A stretch of 64,000 nucleotides of DNA from a virus. The stretch is from IMG/VR virus record IMGVR_UViG_3300049043_000070, positions 96,001 to 160,000 of that record; one strand, 5' to 3'. Positions 1 through 10,827 of this stretch are shown piece after piece. Made by a program: the position numbers and the translations under genes. Positions within the stretch are counted from its first letter, which is position 1. Each line of letters opens with the position of its first letter. Below the pieces are notes generated by a model. That model was not told the origin of the DNA. It made no database searches and worked only from the letters and a program-made list of their open reading frames with translations.

Positions 1-114
1 ATCACTCATATGTTGAGATTAAATGTAGTCTCAGAAAAGCAGAAGTTTTAAGAAAAAAATTTTTACGTGATTATGAAAATTGTGATGACGAATTAGCAAA
101 AGAACTCATCGAAA

Positions 115-549
115 TTGATATTGATAAAAACGATTATGATATTACTATTTGGAAAAGAAAGTATAATCAAGGCTCAGAAGGAAATGGATACCTTCCTAAA
201 CTTAATTAAGGAGCATGTATCTACGGAAGAAGATATTAAATTCTTTACGGAGGTGAACGAAAGTGAAGAAAGAAAATATTGGATTGCTCGTATGGGAAAG
301 CAAGCTGCTATGGATATTGTCTCTTACGGAAGAATTGGATCTGGAAATATGGATTTAATTGCTATGATGGATGAACAAGATCAGGTAGCATCATTAGAAA
401 TTGCTATCAAATATTCGGGAATGATTGGCGGAGGTATTGATAAAATTAATAAAGCATTACAACCAGAGTTTCAAAATTACTTACAAGAGAAAGGAATTAA
501 TGCTCCTCAATTATTACCACATGATTTTATAGGACAAAAGCAACTATGA
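115..549 (+). CDS. hypothetical phage protein
   Basis: Intact 144-aa ORF overlapping the next ORF; no recognisable motif. Confidence 0.7.
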   Translation: MILIKTIMILLFGKESIIKAQKEMDTFLNLIKEHVSTEEDIKFFTEVNESEERKYWIARMGKQAAMDIVSYGRIGSGNMDLIAMMDEQDQVASLEIAIKYSGMIGGGIDKINKALQPEFQNYLQEKGINAPQLLPHDFIGQKQL

Positions 550-761
550 GACACTTGCAATTAGCACCAGTTATTCACGTAGAAATTTACAAAACATATA
601 ACATAGATCCATCTTCAAAACAAGTGAATCAAGATGTTGTTTTAGACTTATGTAATCACCACCAAAGTAAAGTTACTGCTGAGGGTGATTACGCTTTTAT
701 TAATGCGGTGGTATCTTCTTATGGCGATTTTCTCTCTTCCAATCAATCCGAAGCTAAATGA
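546..761 (+). CDS. small hypothetical protein
   Basis: 71-aa ORF with ATGA overlap to the upstream gene; overlaps the start of the next gene. Confidence 0.35.
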   Translation: MRHLQLAPVIHVEIYKTYNIDPSSKQVNQDVVLDLCNHHQSKVTAEGDYAFINAVVSSYGDFLSSNQSEAK

Positions 762-2418
762 GGAGTTTGTAGAGGGAACTTTTATACCCTTTCTCAAATC
801 ACACAAACATTTAATTTTTGATTTGTATTTTACTTGCCGTATGCCTCCTTTTTCGCAGGATGCTATGGGTGATGTTTTTGTTTCTGAAAAAGAGACAACA
901 TATAATGCTGTTTATATTTCAAATCAAACAGAAATACCACTGTCAGCAACTTTCAATAACATATACGTTGTACCAAACCAACAAAATTTAAATTTGTTCA
1001 TAGAAAATTTTAAACCATTATATGATGTTGGTATAAGGACTGCTACTATACCACATACTTCTTGGATACTAACTGGTCAAATTCAAAAAGAGTTTCCAGA
1101 TCTTTATATAAAGAATACAATTCTCAGAGAAGTAGCAAAAGCCAATGATATTGTATCTCTTGCTAAGGCTGGATTTCATTACATCAATCTAGATAGAGAT
1201 TTAATGAGAGACAAAGATCAATTGCTTCGTCTAAAAGAAACAAAAGAATTTTGTATTGTAAATGGAATGCCAGTAAAGTTCTCTATGTTATCTAATGAGG
1301 GATGTTGGGGTGGTTGTCCAATAATGCCAGAGCATTACCATTATAACAGCACCAGAGAAAAAGATAATCCCCAATATTTTAATGATAGTATTAGTAGAAT
1401 TTCCTGCTCTAGTTGGGATGAAAAAGATCCAGCATCATCTCTAAAAGCAGCAAATCTTCCTCCATGGAAAAAAGACTGGGAAGAAATGTTTGATTTGGGG
1501 ATTGACATTTTCAAAATGCATGGTAGAGAATCTGGTATGCGTCTCAAAGAATCTATGGACATCATAGAAAGATGGAATTTGGATGAGGAATTATTATTTC
1601 CCCAATTTAATGATTACATGACTGATATGGAAATGGGAACCAGACCTATTGATATATGGAGAGATAAAATTAAGAGTTGTAAGTTTGATTGCTGGAATTG
1701 TAACTATTGCGATTCCGTTGTTAAATCAACCATGAAGAAGCAAAATCTCAAAGTAGATGAATATACGATACGGGTTTTAGATTTTATCGATAATGCTTCC
1801 TTACACACGACATCATTCGTAGAAAGTGGTTATGATGTTGAGGGTCTAAGTTCTAATAAAATTAGACATCTATTAAACAACTTGTGTTCTTACGAAGACG
1901 TAAAGTACCTAGAGATTGGAGTTTATAACGGTAGTACTTTTTGTGCCGCTATTCAAAATAATGATCTAATCGCATATGCTTGTGATACATGGGAAGATAA
2001 AAATATAAAACCATTTAGAGATGAAATTGAATGGAATAATGTTGAGGGTTCTTTGGAGACATTTATTTCTAATGTTGAAAAATATGGAACTGATGGTTCA
2101 GAAATCAATATTTTACAAGGTGATTGTAGAAGTATTCAACAAAAAAATGTACACCACAAAATCAATCTGATTTTTTATGATGGTAACCACGATTATGATG
2201 TTCAAAAAGAATCTCTAACAAATCTATTAAATTATGTTGACAATAAATTTATATTAGTTATTGATGATTGTAATTTTGATGGAGTTGTTGATTCGGTAGA
2301 TCAATTCATAAATACAAATAAATTAACCACCATTTTCAAGAGATTAATTTTAACCACTGAGTTAGAAGATGAACAATCATGGTGGAATGGTATTTACTTG
2401 CTCGTCTTAGAAAAATAA
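721..2418 (+). CDS. U32 peptidase-like (Fe-S) domain fused to class I SAM-dependent methyltransferase (Methyltransf_24-like)
   Basis: N-half NEGCWGGCP, ISCSSW, KMHGRE, CKFDCWNCNYC; C-half YLEIGVYNGST (motif I), IFYDGNH, VIDD; likely start ATG 721. Confidence 0.7.
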   Translation: MAIFSLPINPKLNEEFVEGTFIPFLKSHKHLIFDLYFTCRMPPFSQDAMGDVFVSEKETTYNAVYISNQTEIPLSATFNNIYVVPNQQNLNLFIENFKPLYDVGIRTATIPHTSWILTGQIQKEFPDLYIKNTILREVAKANDIVSLAKAGFHYINLDRDLMRDKDQLLRLKETKEFCIVNGMPVKFSMLSNEGCWGGCPIMPEHYHYNSTREKDNPQYFNDSISRISCSSWDEKDPASSLKAANLPPWKKDWEEMFDLGIDIFKMHGRESGMRLKESMDIIERWNLDEELLFPQFNDYMTDMEMGTRPIDIWRDKIKSCKFDCWNCNYCDSVVKSTMKKQNLKVDEYTIRVLDFIDNASLHTTSFVESGYDVEGLSSNKIRHLLNNLCSYEDVKYLEIGVYNGSTFCAAIQNNDLIAYACDTWEDKNIKPFRDEIEWNNVEGSLETFISNVEKYGTDGSEINILQGDCRSIQQKNVHHKINLIFYDGNHDYDVQKESLTNLLNYVDNKFILVIDDCNFDGVVDSVDQFINTNKLTTIFKRLILTTELEDEQSWWNGIYLLVLEK

Positions 2419-2419
2419 A

Positions 2420-3344
2420 ATGTCTCAACTAAATGTAGGTAAAGTTACTGCTTCTACTTCTAGTCAATTTACCAGCATTTACGCTACTGCTAATTTACCA
2501 TCAAATCAAAGTGAAGGTGCTGTAGTGTATGATAGTGATGTTAAATCTTAAAGTACTGGTCTGGTACATCTTGGTTAAAAGTTGGTGCAAACAAATAGTG
2601 ATGGATCTTCTGAAGTTGGGCAACTTCATCATCAGCAGCTATCTTGACAGTAAACGTGCAGCGCCAAATGGATTGTATTGGATTACAACTCCTACAGTAG
2701 GAGCAAGACAGATATATTGTGATATGACAGGTGGTGGATGGATGCTTCTGATGAGATGGAGCTGGTGAATGATGGTTTAGCATATAATGATGCCAGATGG
2801 ACTGATGCTAGCGAAAGTGGTAGAACTAATTTACATTCAAATTCATATGGTTCTTACGCTAAAGACGCAGCATTTTATTATTATGCTACCGCAGTCAAAG
2901 ATAAGAATTGATGCTGGTGGTTATCAGAGTCGAGAGCAGATGGTCAGTATAGAACATTTACTTTTGATTTTACTGGAACAAATACACCTGCTTCTTTAAC
3001 GTTTACTACTCGAAATAGAATGAGTTGGGGAACTGGGTATCTAATAGTAGATCGGTATGGGTTTACATGTTGGACAGGACAGAGATGGAACACCAGTATT
3101 TGAAAGATTTGGCATACGACCGACAAATCATTCAATTGGAAATGAAGGGAGGGGTAGACGAGGTTGTGGAGCAACCTATGATGTTTGGATATCAAGCAAG
3201 CTGATACTGAGAGTGCTTCAACTAATGATGTTAATAGTGGATTAGGGACACACCCCAGTTATTGTGGTGGAAGTCCTGGTCAATTTGCTGGAGGGTATGT
3301 TGGATGGGTCAACTGGCGGTTTTGTCAAAATTTGGGCAAGATAA
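2420..3344 (+). CDS. fibrinogen-C-like domain virion/fibre protein (frameshifted in read)
   Basis: Starts MSQLNVGKVT; GLYWITTP...RQIYCDMTGGGW is the fibrinogen-like signature; several indels. Confidence 0.6.
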
Positions 3345-3576
3345 ATGAAAGAATTTGTAGATGAATTTTGATATATGAACTAAAAAGTTACAGATGAGCA
3401 AAGATTACAACGATGGAATATTTGTTCTGTTTGTAGTTGTTTGGTTGGAGAATATATTGGTGCTTTAGGAATACAAGAACCAGATGATAAAAGGAAAAAT
3501 TGTAGTGAAGAAATGACAACTGCTTTTTGGTATACACAATTTGAACGAGCAAAATGCCCAAAATAATAAATGGTGA
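3345..3576 (+). CDS. small Cys-rich protein, first of tandem pair (frameshifted)
   Basis: RWNICSVC...AKCP(K/N)KW when frames are joined. Confidence 0.4.
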
Positions 3577-3827
3577 TGAAGAAATTATTACGGATGCTAC
3601 AGAATTAATTAAAAGCGGTTTGATTGATATTGAAACCAGAAACAAAAGAATTGGTATATGTGAAAGTTGCGATGATTATTTGCCAATTTGGATTGGTGGA
3701 GAATATAACCAAGAACACAAAATCTTATGGTATTTGGACCCCAAAAGTGACTTGTAAACATTGTGGTTGTAATATGCCGTGGAAAACAAAATTCAATGGT
3801 GCTTCCTGTCCAATTGGAAAGTGGTAA
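3576..3827 (+). CDS. small Cys-rich protein, second of tandem pair (frameshifted)
   Basis: RIGICESC...CKHCGCNMPWKTKFNGASCPIGKW; start approximate. Confidence 0.55.
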
Positions 3828-3863
3828 TATAAATAACTCAACACACCATTCAACGTGATAACT

Positions 3864-4061
3864 ATGGATACCGCACAACTCAAAAAGAACTTTGAAGAGC
3901 AACTTGCTACTACTGATAAGCAAATTGCTGAACTTGAAGAAAATATCACTAAGGCAAAAGAATACAGATTGAAGCTTCAAGGTGGTCTAGAAACTCTAGG
4001 TCTTTTAGAAGAACCAGAAGCAGAGGCAGAAGCAGCACCAACGGAAGTGGTTGCTGAATGA
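3864..4061 (+). CDS. coiled-coil hypothetical protein
   Basis: MDTAQLKKNFEEQL...LQGGLETLGLL. Confidence 0.7.
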   Translation: MDTAQLKKNFEEQLATTDKQIAELEENITKAKEYRLKLQGGLETLGLLEEPEAEAEAAPTEVVAE

Positions 4062-4068
4062 TCCCAAG

Positions 4069-4102
4069 TCCCTTCTTACTAAATAGGTAAGAAGGGATTT
4101 TT
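4069..4102 (+). terminator. intrinsic terminator with late-promoter core CTAAATA at the loop
   Basis: TCCCTTCTTAC-TAAATAG-GTAAGAAGGGA then T-run. Confidence 0.75.
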
Positions 4103-4110
4103 CGTGTCTA

Positions 4111-4911
4111 ATGGCATCTCCAAATAGTAGATCCACTCTCATCACATATTGTAAAAGGCAGCTTGGTGAACCTGTCTTACAAATCAATATTGATGACGAG
4201 CAGGTAAATAACGTTATTGACGATACCATACAGTTCTTCCAAGAGAACTGCTATAACGGCATGGAGCGTTGCTATTTAAGACACGAAATAACTGCTGCTG
4301 ATAAGTCAAGATTTGAAAGCGAAGTTACAACAACAAATGGAACCACAAATTGGGAAGAGGCAGCAAATTATATTCCAATTCCAGATCATATTGTAGGTGT
4401 TAGTAAAGTATTTGGAATAGTAGGAAATTCTATTCGTAGTAATCTATTTGGTATTGAATATCAAATTTTCCTCAATGATCTCTATGCTTTTGGATCTCTT
4501 GATATTCTAAACTATTTCATGACAAAGCAATATCTAGAAACTCTAGATATGATCATAAACAATGGATCATTCCAGCAGTTTAGATACACGATGCGTCGTG
4601 ATAGATTATATCTTGATGTTGACAAAGACTTCTTACAAGAAGGTCAGTGGCTATTGATTGAGGCGCATAGACTTCTCAATCCACTAGAAGCAACTGAAAT
4701 GTATAATGATATATTTGTGAAGCGTTATGCCACTGCTCAGATGAAGAGGCAGTGGGGACAAAATCTAATCAAATATAACAATGTCCAACTGCCAGGTGGT
4801 TTAACACTAAATGGCAGACAAATTTATGAAGATGCTATCGCTGAGATTGACAGAATTGAAAGCGAAGTATTGAGTAAGTATGCTATCCCACCACTAGACA
4901 TGATCGGATAA
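4111..4911 (+). CDS. gp13: neck protein gp13
   Basis: YCKRQLGEPVLQINIDDEQ, KRQWGQNLIKY, LPGGLTLNG; T4-like synteny. Confidence 0.93.
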   Translation: MASPNSRSTLITYCKRQLGEPVLQINIDDEQVNNVIDDTIQFFQENCYNGMERCYLRHEITAADKSRFESEVTTTNGTTNWEEAANYIPIPDHIVGVSKVFGIVGNSIRSNLFGIEYQIFLNDLYAFGSLDILNYFMTKQYLETLDMIINNGSFQQFRYTMRRDRLYLDVDKDFLQEGQWLLIEAHRLLNPLEATEMYNDIFVKRYATAQMKRQWGQNLIKYNNVQLPGGLTLNGRQIYEDAIAEIDRIESEVLSKYAIPPLDMIG

Positions 4912-4912
4912 A

Positions 4913-5800
4913 ATGCCTACAAGTCCTTATTTTCCTACCTACTACCAAGGTCATCCCGGCGAACAAAATCTCGCACAGGATCTTGCTGACGAACAGATCA
5001 AACTGTTTGGAACAGATATCTATTATCTGCCAAGAACTATTCTGAAAGATAACACACTTGATGATGTTATCTATTCCAAATATCTAGATGAATTTCAAGT
5101 AGAAATGCTACTTCAGAATGTAGAAGGTTTTGGTACAGCACCTTCTGAATTTATCAGTAAGTTTGGTATTCGCATTACTGATGAAGTAACGTTTATTGTT
5201 TCAAGTAGAAGATGGGATCAAGCAGAAGCACAATATGCTCCAACACTTACTGTTCCAGGAAGACCAAATGAGGGTGATTTATTATATTTTCCACTGACAA
5301 AAGATTTGTATGAAATCAAATTTGTAGAAAGAGAAACTCCATTCTATCAGTTTGGTAAAATTCAATTCCTTTTCATAACTGCTGAAATCTATGAAGTTGG
5401 TAATGATCTTATTGATACTGGTGTCGCTGATATTGATGATATTGAAACCCTATTCAGTTCTGCGATATCATTAGTTATGAATACTGGTGGATCTGGAGCA
5501 TTCACTGTTGATGAATTGGTTACGGGAGCAACTAGCAATACTGAGGTTACAGTAAAGTCTTGGAATTCAACATCCAGAATTCTACAAGTTATCAACAGAA
5601 CAGGAACTTTTGTTACCGGAGAAACAATTACTGGCGATGATAGTAATGCTGTGTGGGTTCTTGGGTCCTTTGATACTCTAAATAATACCAACAGCGAATA
5701 TGATCAAAATAGAGAATTTGAAGATGAAGCTGATAATATTATAGATTGGAGTGAAAGAAATCCATTCGGTGAATATGGAAATTATACAGGTAGCATCTGA
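4913..5800 (+). CDS. gp14: neck protein gp14
   Basis: EQIKLFGTDIYYLPR, PNEGDLLYFP, NPFGE. Confidence 0.92.
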   Translation: MPTSPYFPTYYQGHPGEQNLAQDLADEQIKLFGTDIYYLPRTILKDNTLDDVIYSKYLDEFQVEMLLQNVEGFGTAPSEFISKFGIRITDEVTFIVSSRRWDQAEAQYAPTLTVPGRPNEGDLLYFPLTKDLYEIKFVERETPFYQFGKIQFLFITAEIYEVGNDLIDTGVADIDDIETLFSSAISLVMNTGGSGAFTVDELVTGATSNTEVTVKSWNSTSRILQVINRTGTFVTGETITGDDSNAVWVLGSFDTLNNTNSEYDQNREFEDEADNIIDWSERNPFGEYGNYTGSI

Positions 5801-6603
5801 TGTTAGGATCACACTTTTATAACGAAATCACACGCAAGAATATCATTGCGTTTGGAACTCTCTTTAACAATATCACACTGAGAAAGAAAAATCCAGCAAA
5901 TGCTGATGTGTTAGAAGAAGAAAAAGTTCCTTTGGCTTATGGTCCAAAGCAAAAATTTCTTGCTCGCTTAGAACAAAATCCAGAAGTTGGTAGAAAGGTA
6001 GCAATTACTTTGCCACGTTTGTATTTTGAACTGACTGGCATTGACTATGATGCTTCGCGCAAAACGTCTCCAATTCAAAAATATAAAACAGTCATCAATA
6101 ATGATGGCGATGAAGTTAGAGTTCAGTATGTTCCCGTTCCTTATAACATGAACTTTGATCTGGGCATCATCGCAAAGTCTCAGGACGATGCTCTACAAAT
6201 TGTTGAACAGATCATTCCATATTTTCAACCATCATTTTCTGTGACATTGAATATGATCCCAGACATGGATGAGAAGAAAGATATTCCAATTGTATTGAAT
6301 GATATTTCATATGAGGATGAGTGGGAAGATGACTACATGCAGCGTAGGTTCATTGTTTATACTTTAAGATTTACTGCTAAGACATACTACTACGGTCCAT
6401 ACAGCACGTCAGATATTATTAAGAGGGCAATTATTCACGAGACACTTGGCGATGCTGCTGTCAATAGAAGAACTATTACCAGAACATATACTCCGGTTGC
6501 GACATCAGATCTTGATGGTGATAATGATATAGACAATGCTGATACAGCAATCATAACTGCCGACGATGACTTTGGATTTAATGAAGGTATTACGATCTAT
6601 TAA
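5800..6603 (+). CDS. gp15: tail sheath stabiliser/completion protein gp15
   Basis: MLGSHFYNEITRK, VPLAYGPKQKFL, PVPYNMNF. Confidence 0.93.
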   Translation: MLGSHFYNEITRKNIIAFGTLFNNITLRKKNPANADVLEEEKVPLAYGPKQKFLARLEQNPEVGRKVAITLPRLYFELTGIDYDASRKTSPIQKYKTVINNDGDEVRVQYVPVPYNMNFDLGIIAKSQDDALQIVEQIIPYFQPSFSVTLNMIPDMDEKKDIPIVLNDISYEDEWEDDYMQRRFIVYTLRFTAKTYYYGPYSTSDIIKRAIIHETLGDAAVNRRTITRTYTPVATSDLDGDNDIDNADTAIITADDDFGFNEGITIY

Positions 6604-6605
6604 TC

Positions 6606-7015
6606 ATGGAAGATTTAGAAAAAAACATGGAAAATATCTTAAACATAGAAGTTCAAAGATGTTGAGTGCTTGCCGAAGAAAGCAACAGTTGAAAGTGCCG
6701 ATCCTCTTCAAGATAGATTAAAAGATTATGAATACACAAGAGCAGAGTCTCTATACCCTCATCAGCAAGGGTCAGGAGGCGGTACAAGGCGCGTTGGAGG
6801 TCGCACAGGAGAGTGGACACCCCAGAGCGTATGAAGTCGCTGTGAACGCCATGAAGCAGGTAGCAGAGATGACCGACAGGCTTGTGGATCTTCAGAAGAA
6901 GATGAAGGATCTTGATACTGAGAATAAGAAGGTGACCAACGTTACAAATAATGCCATGTTTGTTGGCAGCACAACTGAACTACAAAAGATGCTAAAGCCA
7001 GATGGGCGGCGGTAA
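6606..7015 (+). CDS. gp16: terminase small subunit gp16 (frameshifted)
   Basis: HPRAYEVA, NNAMFVGSTTELQKML; position after gp15. Confidence 0.85.
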
Positions 7016-7046
7016 AAGATAAATATTCAATAAATGGTGCCGTAAA

Positions 7047-7318
7047 ATGAGAGAGTAAGACTTCTTGGATCAGCAGTAACATTATCTGCGACAGCAAATG
7101 TGATTGGTAATGCTGTAGAGGTATTGATTGTTCATGATGCTGGTGGTAATACTGGTAGAACTGTATACTCTTACAGAAAACGATGGAACAACTGGTCGCG
7201 GCAACCTTACTTGTCAATCCAGGATTTCAACTAAGTTGTCCGTAAAGGAGCAACACAAAAACTCAAAGTTGATGCTGGAAGTGATGTAAAAGTAACACCA
7301 GTTTCGTACATCTCATGA
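7047..7318 (+). CDS. hypothetical protein (frameshifted)
   Basis: MRVRLLGSAVTLS... joined across indels. Confidence 0.45.
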
Positions 7319-7911
7319 AAAACTTTAAAGAAATCAGACAACTTGCTGAAGAAAAGCGTGGTCTTTACGCGAACATTCATGCTAAACCGTAAAAGAGGTG
7401 AAGAGACCAAGCAAGACCTGGGGTAAAAAGAAGATTACTCAGCAAAAGATGCTTTCAAAAAAGCAGCAAGAACTGCTAAAAAAGAAGAAATAGTTTATGA
7501 AGAGAAGAAAGATAAAGAAGAACAGAAATTTTGTAGGTCTGTCAGAAACCAGAGACTAGAAAAAGAATGTTCCTATGGTGAGAAAGCATGGATCGTTTCG
7601 CTGTTCCCATCAAATCTGTAAAGAAAGAAGAGGCAGACCTTTCTGATCACTTTGAGTTAGAGGAAGGTGCTGCTTGGACCCGTAAGGCAGGACAGAACAA
7701 GAATGGTGGTCTCAACGAAAAAGGTAGAAAATCTTACGAGAAAGCAAATCCTGGAAGCGACCTCAAAGCACCTTCGAAGAAGGTTGGAAATCCCCGCAGG
7801 GCGTCATTTTGTGCCAGAATGAAAGGCATGAAATCAAAGGTCACCAGTAAGAAAACTGCGAGAGATCCAGACAGCAGGATCAATAAATCTCTTCGTGCGT
7901 GGAATTGCTGA
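7315..7911 (+). CDS. basic head-associated hypothetical protein (frameshifted)
   Basis: MKNFKEIRQLAEE N-terminus; AAWTRKAGQNKNGGLNEKGRKSY...SFCARM...LRAWNC. Confidence 0.65.
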
Positions 7912-8117
7912 CAAAAAACTGCCAAAAAATTTACTATCATTATAATTAGTTTTGAGGTTTCTATTATGGATATGAGACTTGAAAGAAGACGACATTACAA
8001 AACTCATTCTTGCTTGCGAACTTTACAAGAACTCAACTGGATCAGAATATATCTGGGATCAGTATAATGAACTTGTAGGAAAACTCAAAACATATTTGGA
8101 ACAATATTCCACAAACG

Positions 8118-8309
8118 ATGAACAACACACTTTTTAATGCTATAGTGATTTTTTCCACTATAGCATTTTTTATTTACTGGGGATTGAATAATGCTTACCC
8201 TGGTTGTACATTTAGCACAAAGTCAGATCTGGTTAGGACTATGTGGATTTGGTGTGATTGTCCTGCCGATCATGGGCATTCAGTACATTCACAACAAACA
8301 CAAAAATGA
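8118..8309 (+). CDS. small membrane protein(s); probably two ORFs merged by an indel
   Basis: Hydrophobic N-terminus ending WGLNNAYP; a second frame encodes QIWLGLCGFGVIVLPIMG. Confidence 0.35.
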   Translation: MNNTLFNAIVIFSTIAFFIYWGLNNAYPGCTFSTKSDLVRTMWIWCDCPADHGHSVHSQQTQK

Positions 8310-8417
8310 TACATGACCTTTCCTGGGAAATTGTAAAGTTATTCTTAGTAAATCTTAACATATTGTAACGTTATTTTTTGCTACATAGCTCATAATATTT
8401 GTAGCAGAGAGTTACAT

Positions 8418-8648
8418 ATGTACGGGACTTATTTTGTTGTTGTGTTTTTTGCGATCCTGGTGGCATATGCTGGGGTTGAGGAAACTATGAAACTCTTCGC
8501 TTACGCTGATCTTCAATTGCGTTACGCATTTGTCAGAGTTCAGATGAAGTGGATGGGTTGGAAACTCAAGAGGCAACTAGTGAGAGACACAACCGATTTC
8601 AAAAAGTTCCTCGCAAATTACGAAAATGAACACGAAGACCTGCCCTAA
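8418..8648 (+). CDS. hypothetical membrane-anchored protein
   Basis: 76-aa ORF with N-terminal hydrophobic segment. Confidence 0.65.
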   Translation: MYGTYFVVVFFAILVAYAGVEETMKLFAYADLQLRYAFVRVQMKWMGWKLKRQLVRDTTDFKKFLANYENEHEDLP

Positions 8649-8838
8649 GTGTGGTGCTACTTGGATTGATGGTCAGCACTACTGGACGGGAACAAACAAA
8701 CCAGGAAACGAACTTGACCTAGCTGGTTTAGTATGTAACAAACTTGGAGACGATACTTGTATTAATCCTTGTCGTGGCAAAGAAGGTGGTGTCACCTGGG
8801 AAAAGAGATTGAAAGAATTGGAGGAAGACCATCCCTAA
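8626..8838 (+). CDS. Cys-rich hypothetical protein
   Basis: CPKCGATWIDGQHYW...VCN...CINP. Confidence 0.7.
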   Translation: MNTKTCPKCGATWIDGQHYWTGTNKPGNELDLAGLVCNKLGDDTCINPCRGKEGGVTWEKRLKELEEDHP

Positions 8839-8864
8839 ATATCAAATAGTGAGCAGGTTTTGAT

Positions 8865-10516
8865 GTGGCGGCCGGTAATGATGTCTATTTGGGCAATCCT
8901 AATTTAAAAAAGCAGGAACCCAAATTTCTTTTCACAAAAAAGCAAATCAACGAATGGATCATGTGTAAAAATGATCCGGTCTATTTTGCTAAGAATTATA
9001 TGAAGATTATTTCTCTTGATGAGGGATTGGTGCCGTTTGAGATGTATGATTTTCAAGAAAAGATTTTACAGGACTTTCATGAAAACAGATTTAACATCGC
9101 AAAACTTCCGAGACAAACTGGAAAATCCACTACGGTTGTTGCTTATTTGCTTTATTACGCAATATTCTTTGATAGCGTTAATATTGGCATTCTGGCTAAC
9201 AAGGCTTCCACATCACGGGAACTCTTAGGCAGACTTCAACTTGCCTATGAAAACCTGCCAAAGTGGATGCAGCATGGGGTTGTTGTTTGGAATAAAGGTA
9301 ATGTTGAACTTGAAAACGGATCAAAGATTTTGGCATCTTCTACATCTGCGTCTGCTGTCCGAGGCATGTCGTTCAATATCTTGTTCCTCGACGAATTCGC
9401 TTTCGTTCCAAACCATGTTGCGGAGCAATTCTTTGCCTCTGTTTATCCTACTATTACTTCTGGTAAGAGCACGAAAGTCATAATCATCTCAACGCCTAAC
9501 GGCATGAACCACTTTTATAAGATGTGGGTTGATGCTAAGAATGGTAAGAATGGTTATGTAATGAATGAAGTTCATTGGTCTCAGGTTCCTGGCAGAGATG
9601 CGAAGTGGAAGGAAGAGACACTTAAGAATACTTCTGCCAGACAGTTCGCACAAGAATTTGAATGTGACTTCCTTGGTTCTGCTGATACTTTAATTAGTCC
9701 AGCAAAACTTCAAAATATACCATTCACTGATCCAATTACATCCAATGCAGGACTTGATATTCACGAAAGAGTACAAAAAGATCACGAATACATTATTACT
9801 GTTGATGTTGCCAGAGGAATTGGTGGCGACTACAGTGCTTTTGTCGTGTTTGATATCACCACACTGCCGTATAAGATCGTGGCAAAGTACAGAAATAATG
9901 AGATTAAACCTGTACTGTTTCCCTCGGTAATTTTACAGGTAGCAAAGGAATATAATTTACCATATATCTTAGTAGAAGTCAATGATATAGGTGATAGTAT
10001 TGCTGCTACACTAAACTATGATTTAGAATATCCAAACGTTCTGATGTGTGCCATGCGTGGTAGAGCAGGTCAAATTGTTGGAACTGGTTTCTCTGGAACT
10101 AAAACTCAACTTGGTGTGAAGATGAGTGTGACAGTTAAGAAATTGGGTTGCGCTAATCTCAAAGCAATTATTGAGGAAGATAAATTGATGTTTGGTGATT
10201 TTAAATTTTACAGGAACTTACCACTTTCATTCAGAAAAAAATGGCATGGGAAGTCGATGAAGGATATCATGATGATCTTGTGATGTGTCTTGTTCTTTTT
10301 GCGTGGTTAGTCATGCAGGAATACTTTAAGGAGATGACAGATCAAGATGTTCGCCGTCGTATTTACGAAGAACAACGAAATCAGATTGAGCAAGATATGG
10401 CACCTTTCGGATTTATTGATGATGGGTTGGGAGATAATACATTCATTGATGCCGATGGAACTTTATGGGAGTATGGAAATACTCAAGAAGAAGTATCATA
10501 CATGTGGAACTACTAA
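8865..10516 (+). CDS. gp17: terminase large subunit gp17 (frameshift near 10200)
   Basis: PRQTGKST Walker A, LFLDEFAF Walker B, TVDVARG, HDDLVM nuclease motifs. Confidence 0.96.
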
Positions 10517-10748
10517 TGAACTTAGATGAACAATTTTCATTAGAACATTTATTATTTGTAGAAAGAATTTGTCGGATTTGCGGACAGACAAAAGATCTTA
10601 TAGATGGATATTATCTCATCAGAAAAAACAAGAAAATGTTTCCATCAGCATATTCATATGAATGTAAAGAATGTACTAAAAAACGAGTGTTGTCTTCTAA
10701 AAATTCTAAAAAGTAGAGAAAACTTTATGGGTATATCCTGACTGGTAG
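10516..10748 (+). CDS. CxxC zinc-binding hypothetical protein
   Basis: ICRICG...YECKEC; end inferred at WVYPDW-stop across an indel. Confidence 0.6.
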
Positions 10749-10827
10749 TTCATGTACGGTTTCCCCATTTGAAGTAATCAAATTTCTAAATACTTTTAGA
10801 TAAATTTGATATCTAAGAGGTAAAAAA

